From Callorhinchus milii (Eukaryota): a stretch of 64,000 nucleotides of DNA. Location of the stretch: contig NW_024704742.1 of assembly GCF_018977255.1 (NCBI RefSeq), forward strand, positions 116,128,001 through 116,192,000, read 5' to 3'. The notes beneath the pieces were generated by a model. It searched no databases and was not told the origin of the DNA. It was given only the letters and a program-made list of their open reading frames with translations. Shown here piece after piece: positions 1 to 14,045 of this stretch (position 1 is its first letter; each line of letters opens with the position of its first letter). The position numbers and the translations under genes are program-made.

Positions 1-1645
1 GGACACTGAACTCATTTAAAAGAAAGACAGCTTGGTGCTGTGATGAGGGGACAGTAGGGTGGGTATTCAGAGAGGATACAGGGATTATTATAAATTTCAC
101 TATGTGTTGGTTGGGGAGGAGGTAACATTTTTTACCATTTATTCGTAATGGGAATTTCCATGATAAAAGTAGCAACAGGAACGACTAAATGCAAATGTTG
201 GTGATGGATACGTGATGAATCCTACTGTGGAAGGTTTTCCACTCTCCAAGGAGACCGAATTGAGGCTTAAAGTGAAATGTATAGCTAGAGATGATTGGTT
301 CATTCATTTGTGGAAACATGGTTAATGAACTCCTGGGACCAAGGAAATGACATGCCAAGGAAGTCAACCAGCTAAAATAATCATATAATTCTTATTTTGC
401 TTTATTGTTTTGGGGGCAGTGGGAAATTTTGCAGAACTCTTACCCAGGAGATTACATGGGTTAGATAGAGTCCATGGTGAAGTGTATTGTACATGATCTG
501 GGCTGCAGAAAGATTGAGGTTCAGGGAATTAATTGTCTCTTGCTTCCATGCTTTTCGTGCTCTTAAAAATCTATATGACCCCTCTTTAACTCCACAGCTC
601 TGCTTCACCCCCTTGTTTTCTCCTTCCCTGATCTTTTGCTGGATTTTGCAGTTTATCCTTGCCTTTCACTGTCATTCTTTTTCTTCAATTTCTCATCACT
701 TTCTTCCTATTTATCTGCATTTTCTCTGATGTCACAATTGATACAACTCACTGCAATAGCAGGAAGAAAGAAAGATAATGAACCATTTAAGAATTGATTT
801 TTAAAATTACAAAGCCTTGTATTGCGGAGAAAGTACTTGGGTTTATGTATCCAAGTTATCAACATCTTGAATGTTCTTAAATGCAAATTGTTTGTTTTTT
901 GTCATCTTATATGTCAACAACACCATTTCCAACAACAGCAACAACAACAAAATTACATTTGCATAGTACCTTTCACTTTGGGAGAACATCCCAGGGTGCT
1001 GAAATTATTGTTGTTTGTTTGTTGTTTGTTTTTATCTGTCAATATTATTTGCTTGCATCTGTCAATATTATTTTTTGAGTCAAGTTTTAGGAGAGCTTCA
1101 GAGTTACCTACAATACACATATTCTCCTTTAAATCGTCATAGGTGCTGCTTTTGCTCAGTGTCTCTCCCTGATGGGATGGCTAAGGTGAAAATTGTCATC
1201 GGGTGAAGAATTTTGGGCATGAACTGTCATTTTACAAATTACTGTGCCTCATAATAGAACACCAAACTGATGCATTGTTGATTGAAATATTTTTCAGTGC
1301 ATCACTTTGGAACATCATTATTTTTGCTGGCAAAGTACTTAAAAGATTTGACATTTAAAAGGAATAAAGAATTTAAATGTAAGGGCATAATAAGAATAAA
1401 ATCACTAGAATAATAAGAAAACTGAAGAATTTGATTGATGAAACAGAAAAAGTTAATACAGATTTAAAAAGACAGTTTAACATTGAAAACATAAAATGAT
1501 TATAATTCTTCAATACTTCATTTAAAATTTTATCATTTTATCAAAGGGCTATTATAGTTTGTTCATATAATATATAGGTGTACAATATTTTGCAGTGTTA
1601 TTGCAATGCACATTATGAGTTATTTTGTAGCCCTAAATATGTGCA

Positions 1646-1810
1646 ATAATAATAATCCTTGCATTTGATATAGCACCGTATCATGTCATTGAGATGTCTT
1701 AAAGAGCTTCACAGAATATACTATAAAGTGAATTAACTGGATATACTGTGGGCAAAACGCAGCAGCCAATTGCGCACAGCAGTGTCCCACAGACAGTCAT
1801 GGATTCAATG
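1646..1810 (-). mobile_element. Deu-SINE 3' half; similar partial copies at about 3645-3785(+), 14065-14155(-), 14160-14515(+), 24326-24478(-), 26800-26905(+), 32950-33080(-), 43330-43478(+), 51280-51493(+) and 55420-55538(-)
   Basis: aataataatccttgcatttgatatagc...gcagccaattgcgcacagcagtgtcccac matches the family consensus. Confidence 0.82.
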
Positions 1811-3007
1811 TCTCCTAACCAGGAAGGCGTGGTTTAAATAATTCCTTGGAATATCTTTCAGTTTTTCAGTTTGATTCTTTAAAAGATGTGGAAAGTACAG
1901 GCCAAAAACTTGAGCTTAAAGTTTAGTGAGGAAATAGATCAGAAAATAAAGCAAAAGGAAGTGAAAATTGTACAACACAACAGATAATGAAACGTGTGCC
2001 TCCTATTGCATTACCATCATTCACCTCCTACACAAGCTATCCTGGGGCTCTATCTAAGTGAGATTACCAAATTTATAGACAAAAAGTTTCCAGTGTTCAC
2101 TATTCAGACTCACAGCATTTGTACTGATGTGGTCTCCCTCCACTGGAGTTAATTTCTAATCCCATTTCCCAGTTCTTTAATTAATTAGTTCCTTTTAAGA
2201 GATGTAACAAGATCCTTAGTAATTGTGATCTGTCTGAATTTGTTTTCTTTGAACAAAATTATCGCTTGTTTTCTCCTCAAGTGCTTGAGGATTTCTAAAA
2301 ATAATCCCAAATTCTGTAAACACATTTATTATGTCCCTTGATCTTGGTACTACATCATGAGCATGACTGAAACCATTAGGATTATCTGTATCTCTCTGTT
2401 TATCTGTGGGTATTGAATAACTAAATGCATGAGCATTTATTCAAAATTCAGCAATGGGTTTAAGCATCTAGAGGGTTAAATGTTCAAATCAATCATAACA
2501 TAACATGAGTTAGCCTTCAAAGAACAGTCTAAAAGTCATTAAAGTTATTGCCAGATTGCAATGATTGGAAGTACAGGAAGGTCCTTTTGTCAGAAGTCGA
2601 CCATAGATTTTCTTGCTTGTGTTAAATATGCAATTTTTCACTGATCACAGTACAAATACGGAAGCGTGGGAATGAACTACATGTATTATTTGTTTGTCAT
2701 CGCTGGCATGCTTGTGTGATGCTCCATATGGATCTTATGACTTGCTTGTAGCTAGCTGCTGGCTGTGCCACTTGCTTGCAGTCTGAGATACGCGTAAGAA
2801 AACACAAAAAATGAACTGTCCTGTAAAACAAAACCTTGTTCTTGAGACAGCTATCGCGAGGCATGTTGCCAGTTTCTGCAGATTATGGGTACCACATGAC
2901 AATGTAAAGGTAACTATAGAATTCCTCATGTAATCTCTCTACGATTGTAAAATATTGAGGAATACATTGCTGGGAGACGAGTTTAGCACAGCAGCATCCC
3001 AGTAGGA

Positions 3008-3200
3008 TGAACTTACCTCCTTCAAGGCCTGTCTCAAGGCCCTCCTCTTTGACACACCTTTGGTCACCATCCTACTCCTAACCTGCCTGCCATACACCTG
3101 TCCTGATCCCAAACCCCAGCTCAGGTCCAAATCCCTGACTGTCCTGCACCTTGGGACATCCTCCCCATCTGAAAGGCGCTATACAAATATCATTTGTTGC
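3008..3200 (+). mobile_element. L2 3' end fragment
   Basis: tccttcaaggcctgtctcaag...cttgggacatcctcccc..tgaaaggcgctatacaaat matches the 3' end of the 59-61 kb L2. Confidence 0.8.
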
Positions 3201-3799
3201 TATTGTATGGTAAACCACAAGTGCTCATCTCTAGACTCCAGAGTTCTATGATCTGTCCTGTCTGTCTTTTGTCAACACTAAAATGTATTCTCCTTTTCCC
3301 CCAATAATTTTCTGAAGAGAGTGCCTTATGTTAGGACGATTCTATTGCCACTATTAACTGTTACTTATGTTGCCCAAATAGCCAATCTACCTCTGTGAGC
3401 CTAGAAGGGGAATGTCAGGAGTCTATTTAAAAGGGAAAAGGTTGTATGTGAGAAGCAAGGCAGAGCATTACAACTGAGCCTGATCTTACCACACGCTCTC
3501 CAGAAGGAGTCGCTAGATAGCAGCCTGGAGTGAGAACCCTGACTATTCTTTTTGGAGTGAACCTGGCTCAGCTTGCAGTACTCATTCCTCTAGATCATAA
3601 GGCTGTGTGTTCAAGCCCTATCTTAGGACTTTGAACTCACTCCACAACTGTTTGTGGGACATTGCTGTGCACAATAGGCAGCCGTATTTCGCCCACAAAA
3701 CATACAGTCAATTCAATTTACAGTAAATTCTGTGAAACTCTGTGAGGCGTTTCAATGACATGATAAGGCGCTATTATTATTATTTTGAACTTTCCTTTC

Positions 3800-5075
3800 G
3801 AACATCTCCTCCCTCCTCTCATCCTGCTGTCTCTGCACTGAATGCCTGCTCATAATGGACAATTTCAATCATCATCTAAACTCTTCCTGTCTTGTGTCTC
3901 TCAGCACCCACTCCTGCACAGTCACTAATGATGTCCTTCTTCAGTGACCAGGGCTTCCTCTGCCTCATTGTCCTCCTGAACCTCTCTGCTGCTTTTGACA
4001 CAGTCGATCACGCTATCCTCCCCATTACCTCTCCTCCCTCATCCACTTTAGTGGGACCACCCTTAACTTGTTCGAGTCATACTTAACCAACTGTCATCAC
4101 TTTGTCTCCAATGTTTTTNCCTCCTGCCCAGTCACCCGTAGAATACCCCAAGACTCCATCCTTGCCCCACTCCTTTTCCTTATCTACATGCTTCCTCAGA
4201 CATGGGGTAAACTTCCACATATATGCGAATGATGCCCAAATCTATTTCTCCTCCAGCTGTTACTCCAGGTCTGCTGAAGTTCTGTCAGCTTGTCTGTCAG
4301 ACATCAAGGCCTGGATGAGCACAAACGTCCAGCAGCTGAATGTCGTCAAGATGAAAGCCCTGCCAATGTCTTCTCTACTGTGGCTCTGACTTCCTCAACC
4401 TCCCCGGCATTTCCCGAAGACTTACTAAACCTGTAGGTAACCTGGGAGTTGGGTTCGACCCCCAGCTGTCCTTCCTCCCCCACATCCAGTCCCTAACCAA
4501 CACGGCTTTCTTCCACCTCTGTCACATTGCCTGCCTCCGACCATATCTCATCCCCGATGCAGACGAAATCCTCGTCTATGCCTTTGTCACCTCCCTCGAC
4601 TGCTCCAATGCCCTATCACTGGTCTCCCCAACTCCACTACCCACAAACTACACCTTGCCAGGCTGCACTGGCTCCCTATCACAGAATGGATCAATTTCAA
4701 GATCCTCTTACGCATCTACAAATCCCTTCATACCCTGGCACCTTCCTACTTTTCTGACCTCCTTTCTTCCCACTCCACTATTTGCTGCCTCCGCTTGGCT
4801 GGCTCTGGCCTCCTGCTTGTCCCTCGTCCACTCCATTCCACCATTAATAGCTGCGCTTTCAGCCACTTCTCCCCAAAGTTTTGGAGCTCTCTCCCTCAAA
4901 CCCTCCACTTTGCCCCCTCCTTCCCCTCTTTTAAATCACGATGGAAGATCTTCCTCTTTGGCCATGCTTACAATCACCTCCTCCCTTCCCCCAGCTTGGA
5001 GTCAGGCTCCACCACCGTTAATTGCTCTGCAGTGCTGCCCTGCGTGAAGGGTGCTATATAAATCCCAGTTGTTCT
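3800..5075 (+). mobile_element. Degenerate L2 LINE (RT to 3' tail)
   Basis: [37 protein letters not shown] fragments with frameshifts; tail gtgaagggtgctatataaat. Confidence 0.88.
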
Positions 5076-5829
5076 CTTTGCCAACAATCGTGCAGAAAAA
5101 AAATTGTCATTGACTTCATGGCTGATTATGGGACTACCTCTACAACAAATCCTATGAAGCAGTTTGAGACTTTTCAAGATCATGATGAGGTGCTATATTA
5201 AATGTAAGAGTTATTACAAATTATTATGATGTTATTATGACTTCCCTGGAACACAAGTCAGTTATAGCACTCCCAACTGTTACTGTGAGTGAGATCTGTA
5301 ATGAGCACCAGACATCAAATCTGGGATGTTTCTTATCTGTGTTAACTATAAGATCATGCAGTAGATTTGCACAAAAAGCCATCAGTGAGTGATGATTTCT
5401 AAGTTTTTATTCAAGAGAATTAGAAATTTCATCTGATGTATTGCTTTCCAAACTTCTCAGATCCTTGGAGTGATATCAGTCAATGTAATATCTAGTCCAC
5501 TTTAATGTGATTCATTGCTATTAATTGCCTGATTGGCAGTGCTTTGTTACTTTAACTGTGCGTTATAGATTAGACCATGCCCAGTGGAATAAGACTGGAC
5601 AATACTGTGACTGTTCTACAGTGAGAAAGGCATTCTGACTCGGGAGTGACATTTTCCTTACAAGAACAAAATGGGGCTTCCTCTATATTCCATTGTGTAT
5701 TCTCATTATTCTAGTTGTAGAGGAAACTTGATAAATATTTTGCATGGTTGCATAGCTTTATTTTGCAAGCAGAAATAGTTTTTCTATTTGAATTGTTCAG
5801 CATAAATAGTGCTTTTTGATATTGTATAT

Positions 5830-6365
5830 CCCAAAGTTAATTGCACTTGGACTGCACTTTGTGCAATCTTGGACATTTCATTACAGGAAGGATGTATTGC
5901 CTTTGCAGAGACCACAAATTCACGAAAATGTTACTAGGGATGGGGAGAGTGGGCCTGAACTGTGGTGAAAGGCTGGATAGATTGGGGATCTACTCTCTGG
6001 AGCCAATGAGACTGTAGAGTAGTTTGATCCAAGAATTTTAAACTTATGAAATGGGCTTCACAAAATAAATGGTGAGGGACTTTTTCCTTCTGAATCTATT
6101 CGTTAGGAATGTACAGAACCTTAAAATTAAGGGAAAATAGATGAGAACCGAGCTGAAGAAAAATTGCTTAATGCAGAAATTAATAAGAATCTGGAATAAG
6201 TCTTTAGATGAAATAAAATCAGTTGATGGTTTTAAGAGCGAGATGGATCAGTACTTGGGTAGTAAAATTATTCAGGAAGGAGTATTTAGGGGAGGTTTTT
6301 GGTCCACGGACCGTGATCGAGTCTGTGATGGAGCAGGCTTGATGGACCAAATGACCTTCTGTTGC
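5830..6365 (+). mobile_element. CR1 LINE 3' fragment
   Basis: gtgcaatcttggacat..ttacaggaaggatgta; LIRIWN; FKSEMDQYL; CR1-type 3' end ggcttgatggaccaaatgaccttct. Confidence 0.8.
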
Positions 6366-9300
6366 TAATTATCTTTGCAAGTGACCCAATTCAGGCATGA
6401 CTACTTCATATCTGTCTAGAGTGTCAATCATTTTACACTGAACCTATCATACCATAGTGGGCAGGATTTTCTCTTCATTTGGGTCACATCCCAGTTAGCG
6501 CAGTATAAAAGTAGCAATCGCAGCATAAAAGTGAGTTTCTGAAATTTAACTCCCAGTCTTTTAATGAACCAATCATAGAAGGTAAGTATATATTTCTTAT
6601 GATTTGAGTTGCAGAATGATTTAAATACAACAAAATTTAAGTTGCATTGGTAGGTCAAGTAGACATTGATCTCAAAAACACTTGGCATTTTGTGTTGAAC
6701 TTTTTAAAACCTGGCTCCCAATTGTGTATTTCTTAAGAGTCAAATGCTGCCAGGGAAAATGATTTAATGTTATGGGCTGCTACAGTGGTCCCTCAAACCA
6801 AAGGAGTTGGATGACTTCAGTTGTGTTGCTTGGAGCGAGAGGTAACTTGATGGAAATGGGCACAGAGCAATTCCAGCTACACAATTTTATTAGGGATTGC
6901 ATAATGTTTCACATTACTGAGGACAGCTGTTTCAGATTTATGCTAAATTTTATGGAACCCTTTCTGATGTGTGCAAAGTGCGAGTATATATTTTTAGCAC
7001 AGAGTTGTGGCCTTTGGTGCAAGGTAATTTAAAAAGAATATATTTGTCAGAGGGATCCTGAGCATACTGTGCAAATTGAGTGCCCCAAGAAGAAGGATGT
7101 TAAGCGAATGTTAATATTACATTAAATATCATCAAACAAAATAGAGAAAAAGGGCGACATCTAAACCAGCATTTGAACATCTTCAAATTGTCTCATCTAG
7201 CTGTGAAAGTGTTTGCTTGAAGTATGATGTAAGGTGTCATTCACATGGAAAGTGCCCCTTTGACAATACTATAATGATCAATCAGTCCTGTAACAACAGA
7301 AACAGCATGGGAAGATTTTTATCCAAATTGTTTGAGCTGCATCATTGTATTGCTGAGTCCAAGCCTCCTATTTGACTGCTGGAAAGCTTGTGACATTGGC
7401 GACAATGTCAATAGCTTTTAGTTTTGAATTTTCACCACTGAACTCTGCATAGGATTCCTTAGAAATTAGTTGAAATGGTTGAAAATAAGTGCAGCAGTCT
7501 TACAGATCTGAAATAAGATATTTTTATCACATCTTTTTAAGAGACCCTGGATCTTTTTAATGAGTCCTTAGTGTAGTTGAGATTTTTTTTAGGTGAGCCT
7601 TGGATGAAAACTAACTTAATGGCTGAGTGCCCTGGCTACACCAAAACGCCTTGTTCTAAATTGTATTGTGCAACTTTTTCCTTTCCCTATCATCCAAAAA
7701 GCCTTTTTAAGAAAATTCGGGCTTGGTATCTTTTGAGTGCCAATTCTCTGAGTCTTGTACCAACTCTCTCCTTGCACCACGTCTCTTCTCCCCCACCCTC
7801 CCCCCGAAAAATATTCTGGCATTTGTGTTATGGCTGTGAAGGACATTAATAAAGCTTTTTGGCATGGATTCCCTTTTTGCATCTGCACCAAGTTTAACGT
7901 ATTAAAAAAAACTATGCAGTTGGTCTGGCTAGAGCACCTAAATATTTAATGGCAGGGTTTTGAGGCAATAGCAAAACATGTTTATGTGAAAAAATCCGAC
8001 TTTATTGGGGGTAATAGCCCCCACATGACCAATGTTTTCTGCACTTTTAAAATGTTGTACTGTGCAAAAACTTGCACATTTTGAGTGTCTACGTGAAGGC
8101 ATAATTAAGCTTTTCCTACATTCCAGTCCCTAACTCCTGCTGTATTTTTTTCACCGCAGCTGCATGGAGGAATAGGGCACTCAAAGAGCAGTTCAGGAAG
8201 ACTGTTTCCTTGATGCTTTTTCTACCATTGTTGAGTGGCTTTTGAAACTGAAAACATTTTAAAAAGCACTGTGAATGTGCCAGTTAAATAGATTTCTTTT
8301 TATAGAAATTCTAAAGATACGACTGTGATAAATAAACATGTAGGTTTAAAATGTCTGGTCCTGTAACCACTGGTAAATGGCTCTGAAATATTTGTGGTAT
8401 TTCCTATCAAGTTCTAAATCTCATTTTTCTGCTACATCATTTAGAGACCAGCGAAAAAAAANTCAGTGTGTTTAGTGCTGGTTCAAAAATAATACAGTAA
8501 TCAAAAATGTGACGCTATTCTGCAGGTCTCAGATATTCACTGCTTTGAGCCTATGCCATCATTTTATTAGGTCTTGGCAGTTCTTTTACCCCCATTCCTT
8601 TGCCTTTCTCCATATTCCTTTATACCCGTTCCTTTAGACACCTGTTAGAATACCCTTCAATATAGCTCTGGCTTGATTCTGTGAATCTATGCTAACTGAA
8701 TACTTGGCTTCCAGTGCTGAATAAGCTGGTTACCTGTGATAAAAGACGACTGACTGACAGATTGTGTTGCTACTATTTATGTGACTTCCTGCGTCCTGTG
8801 CATTGTGAAAGAAGCTCCACAGACGTCACTTCATAGAGGAAGTAATATCAGCGGTGCTTCTTGCATATGGTGCACATGTGCAGCGAACATGAGGTGAGAT
8901 CATTAACCCGATGACCTGAAGTTGGCCATTTTCTCATGCCTCACATAACACAGGGCCTGAGATATTGGACCCAGACGTCCTATAATGAGGTTTCCTCGTA
9001 CTTTTTAAAAAAATTCAATACAATCCAGACCCCATTTAGATTGTTTTAACAACACTGATTGTTGAACTAAAGGAAATCCCTTTTAGGGTACAAATATAGC
9101 ATTTTAGCTTTATCCACACACACTGAGACAACACAGATATTCATTAACAGAACATATGAGTTAATTTGGCAAAACACAGGTTTTCAATTGTCTTAATGAT
9201 TTATGGAAATGTATTTTTCCCCAATATATTATATTCATTCACAAAAAAGGCACACCTATAGAGTTGCAGAGAGAGAATTTTGGATAAACACTTCTAGAAA

Positions 9301-9759
9301 ATGCTTTTTCTATGTGTGCAATGCGTATGGATTACAGATTGCATCACTTTGATATTTCCCTCTTTGTCTGTGTAAGAGAACAATGTAATCAAACAAATTT
9401 CCAAGGGCATTTTGATATTTCTTTACTACTAATTGTTTGTGAACTTTTGTTGTAAACTGTTCCCAGATGACATAGACTTTTTTTTAGGAACAGGCAAAAG
9501 CTTTTAGACCAAACAAGCTTGCCTCACATCCTGGCTTCCAACCATTTGTCAGTCCCTTCTTTCTCCTGAGATTTCAGTTTGGCTCTGTTGGTAGTTCTCT
9601 CACCTCTGAGTCAGAAGGGTGTGGGTTCAAACTGCACATTAGGACTTTGAAAACAGTCTGGACACTTCAGTACTGTGCTGTGGGAGGGCTGATTTGTTGA
9701 AGGTGCTATCCTTCAGATGAAATGTTAAACCAAGGGTTCCGTCTGCCTGTTCAGGTGAC

Positions 9760-10240
9760 CCTATCAGCTCTATCCTCGCCCGGCTCTACTGGCTCACTCA
9801 GAGGATACAGTTCAAGATGTTGGTTCTCACCTTCAAAGCCTTCCACGGCCTCATTCATCCCTACTTCTGTGACCTCCTAACCCCCTACCAACCTGTCCGC
9901 TCCCTCTGCCCAAGGGGCTTCAGCCTGCTTCACTTCCCCCGCCTTGCCCGCCCCACCATTGGTGGGCAGGCCTTCAGACTGTCTGTCCTCACCTTATGGA
10001 ACTGCATCCCACAGTCCCTCCACCTCGCCCCCCCACCTCTCCCTTGCCTCCTTCAAGAACTGTCTCAAGACCCTCCTCTTTGACTGTGCATTTGGTCACC
10101 ATCCTACCCCTACCCTCCTCGCCCTCCACTCCTCCTGATCCCAACCACCAGCTTAGGTTTGGATCCCTGATTGTCCAGTGTCTTGGGACGTCTTCTTGAT
10201 GTGAAAGGCTCTATACAAATGTAATTTGTTGTTGTTGTTT
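9760..10240 (+). mobile_element. L2 3' fragment inserted in an old Deu-SINE
   Basis: FKMLVLTFKAFHGL...LWNCIPQSL; tail gtgaaaggctctatacaaatgtaatttgttgttgttg. Confidence 0.85.
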
Positions 10241-10809
10241 TTTCGAAACGTATGACACTGTTTGACTTATTGACTTGGTTAACAATGCTCCAGATTTAAA
10301 AAAATGGTGGTTCACTTAATGGCTTTTTGTGGGCATTGCTATGTGCAAAATTGGCTATCGTGGTCGCCTGCAACAACTTGCATTTATATAGCGCCCTTCA
10401 GGTGAGGTAGCGTCCCGGACTTTAAAATAATCTTGTCGCACAAGTCTTGGTTTGTTTTCTTGAAGACAGTTTTTCTGCTGTAACATACATACCTGACTTT
10501 TGTGAGAATTGAGCCATTCCCTTTTCTCCCCCCAAGGACCTTGTTAGGTTGAAAACCAAAGTAGCAACACAAGGCAGGTGGTGAGGATTAATGAGAACCA
10601 TTCCGCCTGGCAGCAGCTGCTAGCAGGTCTTTGCATTGTTCGTAAATCACTTGGAGGCAACACTTCTTGTAATTCTATAAAATTTGCTTATGATGCAAAG
10701 AGCAAGTGTCAATTTGCATGTCTAGTTGAATAATATGAGGAGGATAAGTAGCGTTTGAGGTGATCTGGACCAGTTAAGCAGATTGGTTAAGGAGTGTGGA
10801 TTTAAATGT

Positions 10810-11180
10810 AATGCAACTTTTGGGCACTCTAGCTTCAAAAGGATATTGAAATGTTGGAAAGAGTTCAGAGAAAAATGAGAATAATTCCAGGATTTAGAGC
10901 TTCTTATGGGGAGAGATTCACAGAGCTGAACTTGTTCTCATTAGAAAAATAATATTGTGGAGAATTTCAAGTAATAAGAGTCATACTTGATATAAATATA
11001 AGTAGGTTATTTGACTTTGAAAAATGGACATGTGGGGATGACTGAATATTCTGCAGTTTTTGCATCATGATCTTTGGGGTTGGAGAGTAACATTTCCCAG
11101 AAGATTAAAGTCTGTGTTAGCATAGGTTTTAAGTGTTCTGTGGGAGAGTGGGCTTGATGGGTTGAATGGCATTTTCTTCA
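10810..11180 (+). mobile_element. CR1 LINE 3' fragment
   Basis: aaggatattgaaatgttggaaagagttcagagaa (KDI..LERVQR); 3' end gggcttgatgggttgaatggc. Confidence 0.75.
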
Positions 11181-13367
11181 ATTCACCTGACATAAATTTT
11201 AAAATTCATAGGAACCTAGAATATTCATAGCATATAGGGAGGCCATTCAACCCTTATACATTCATGGTCCTAACAAGCAATTAGAAATAAGGGAATATGA
11301 AAATGTCCTTGGAAACTTATTTGATTGCATTATTCTCACGCAGTCGAAAAGGCAAATATCAAAGTGATATATTCTGTAGTCTCTATGCATGGCTTACATA
11401 GAAAAAACATTTTCCAGACGTGTTTGTTTGGTAGATAACTGGAGTTATCTGCCGCACTCTCAGCTTGGCTCAGTTGGTCACAACTGTGGGTCACAAAGTT
11501 CAGGCACTTGGCCTCATTGTTCCGGCTGATACTCCAGTGTAGTACCAGAGACATGAAAAGGTCCTGTCTGCTTGTTCAGGTAGATGTTAAAATTTCCATG
11601 ATACTATTCAAAAGAGAAGGGAGTTTCTCTTATTGTGCTGGCCAACAATCCTCCAGATAAATTTATCATTGAACCATAGCTACTTGTGGGGCTTTTGCTG
11701 TATGCAAACTGGCTGCCACATTTGCCTACAAATATGCAGGGGCAGAGGGAAGATATGCTTCTTGTTTTTAGCACCAAATCAACAATTTTACCTTGTATCC
11801 ACTTCGATTAGTGGAGGGAAAATTAAAGAAGGGGTGAAATTATAGTCAGAAGAATCGCATATTGAAGTGATGAGGGAATGAGCAACCGTCTGTATATATA
11901 GACTTTGCTTTACATCATGCTGGCAACAGTGGAAATTGCATTTTAGACTTGCATTTTCCATGTGCTTTGCTTTACTGAATACATGTTTGATGCTAACACT
12001 TTTTACAATGTGCAAACAGAATACAAAATCAGTGGCATTATTCGTGGCGGTGCAGGATTTCGGTACTGTTGTACGTCAAGAAGACGTGAAAAGCGCTATA
12101 TCAAATATTATTACTATGGAGTGGCAGAGACTGCGAAAGGTCACTAAAGCAGCAGTACAGGTAGTGGTATCAACACGATTTTCTAGGTGCTTCAGACCCC
12201 CCCCCTACCCATGTTGAACGGATCTTAGCTTAGCTCGGAGTTTACAGATAGGGGGCTATAGAAAGGTCATGAATTATGTTAATTCATTCAGTTCTTTATT
12301 ACACGGAAATGCATGTCAATAAATTTAACAACGTTGTATAATTTTAGTCCTGTTAACATTACTCAGGCAAGTTAATTACCTTTGATACAAATGCTAAGTA
12401 ACCAGTTTGTTATGCTCTCACCTTTGGGTCAAGGTTGTGGGCTCAAGCTGTAACCCTAGACTGACCCTCCAACACAGTACTGGCGGACAGCTGCATTGCC
12501 AGAACTGATGCCCTTAGATTGAGAGATGTTAAGGAGGTGCCCGTCCTTCAGGTAGATATTATTAATCTCATAACTCGATTTGTTAAAGAGAGAGAGAGCT
12601 GCTTCTAGGGTCTTGGCCAACAATCCTCCAGATTACTTTCAGCTGTGCAGACTCTCTGCGGAACCTTACAGCAAGCAAAATAGCTACAACATTTACCTAT
12701 AAAAATAATTCTTTAAGTCTCTTTCCTTGACAATAATTACTGTAAAGTATTTTGAGATGATACATAAATTATTGTTAAAATGCAAATTCTCCTTGATTGA
12801 GTCACGTCCAATGTATCTGCGATGGGGTCATTGCATCTAGTCAAAATATCAAGGAAAGAGGATGACTAGTTGCAATTTAAATAACTGTAAATAGCAAAGC
12901 AAAGATAGGAAAAAATTTAATTGCCAATGGCTGGTATAATAATGTGCCACGGTGTGACTGGCCCTATTCTTGCATCTAATCAGAATCTGTTTTGCAACGA
13001 CATTAACTGGAAACAGATGTTCGTGTAAGGAAAATTTCTCTGGCTTTCTGACAAACTGTAAAAATACAATCGAGAATAGCTTCCATTGCAGGGACTGTGT
13101 GAATTTTGTTAATCAACTGGGGACTTCACTAAAATGACAGACAATTGCCTTGTGGTCCTTTTTTGAAAAGAAATCTTCCCATACCCTTTTGAAGACAACA
13201 TCTTGTTCTGATTTATGGTTCCACAGGAAGAGAGCTCTCATGCCTCCAAACCCTAATGGCTATTATTTATGTGTGAACTTAAAGTGCTGACAGGTTATTG
13301 CCTATAAAAGGCATCACAAGGCAGCCCCATTCCTGTTCTAACCTGGGGTGTACTACATGTAACAGAA

Positions 13368-14045
13368 TTTACATTTATATAATAATAATAGTGTGTTTCA
13401 CATCAGGGGGACATCTCAAAGCGATTCATAGAGCTGGATGGGCATCTGAGCTGAGAGTGGGTGTTGATGGGTGTGGAGAGAGGGAAGATGACTGAAAGCA
13501 TGAAGTACAAAGAGGTCATCTGAGACTTGCCTTGAGGGGGAGGGAGTGAGATGGAGGGATTCTGGATGGAGTTCCAGAGAGTGGGCAGAGTTGCTGAAAG
13601 CCTGCCCACCGATGATAGATAGGGTATGGAACATGAAGTGGGCTATTGTTTGTGTCTGGGACTGCATGGTTGGAGGAGGTCTCAATGGTAATGTAGGGTG
13701 AGACTATGGAGAGATTTGAAATAAGAACGAGGATCTTGAAATTGAGAGGATTGGGAGCTAATGGAGTCGGGCGAGAATGGGATTGAAAAGCTTGTGCAGG
13801 AGCCTGTTGCAGGAGACGATTCGGGCTTTAGAATTCTGGAGAGTCTGCAGCTTCTGTAGGAAAGAGCTGGATGTAATCAAGTCTAAATGTGATCAGTGTG
13901 GATGAGGTTCTCAGTGACCGGAGAGAGACAAAGTGACAGAAGTTAACAATGTTTTGCAGGTGAGGAAAATCTGAGCGGGTAAGAGCATGCAACTGGGATT
14001 TGAAAGACACTTGGGTCAGATAAGATTATGCACTGGATCCATGAA
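13368..14045 (-). mobile_element. Degenerate L2 3' fragment
   Basis: Minus-strand TLWNSIQ, IIGGQAFS and ITFRLDY pieces; tail at 13368-13420. Confidence 0.75.

Noticed and set aside
822..1142. Poly-Q ORF
   Set aside because: The (CAA)n run is an antisense L2 tail.
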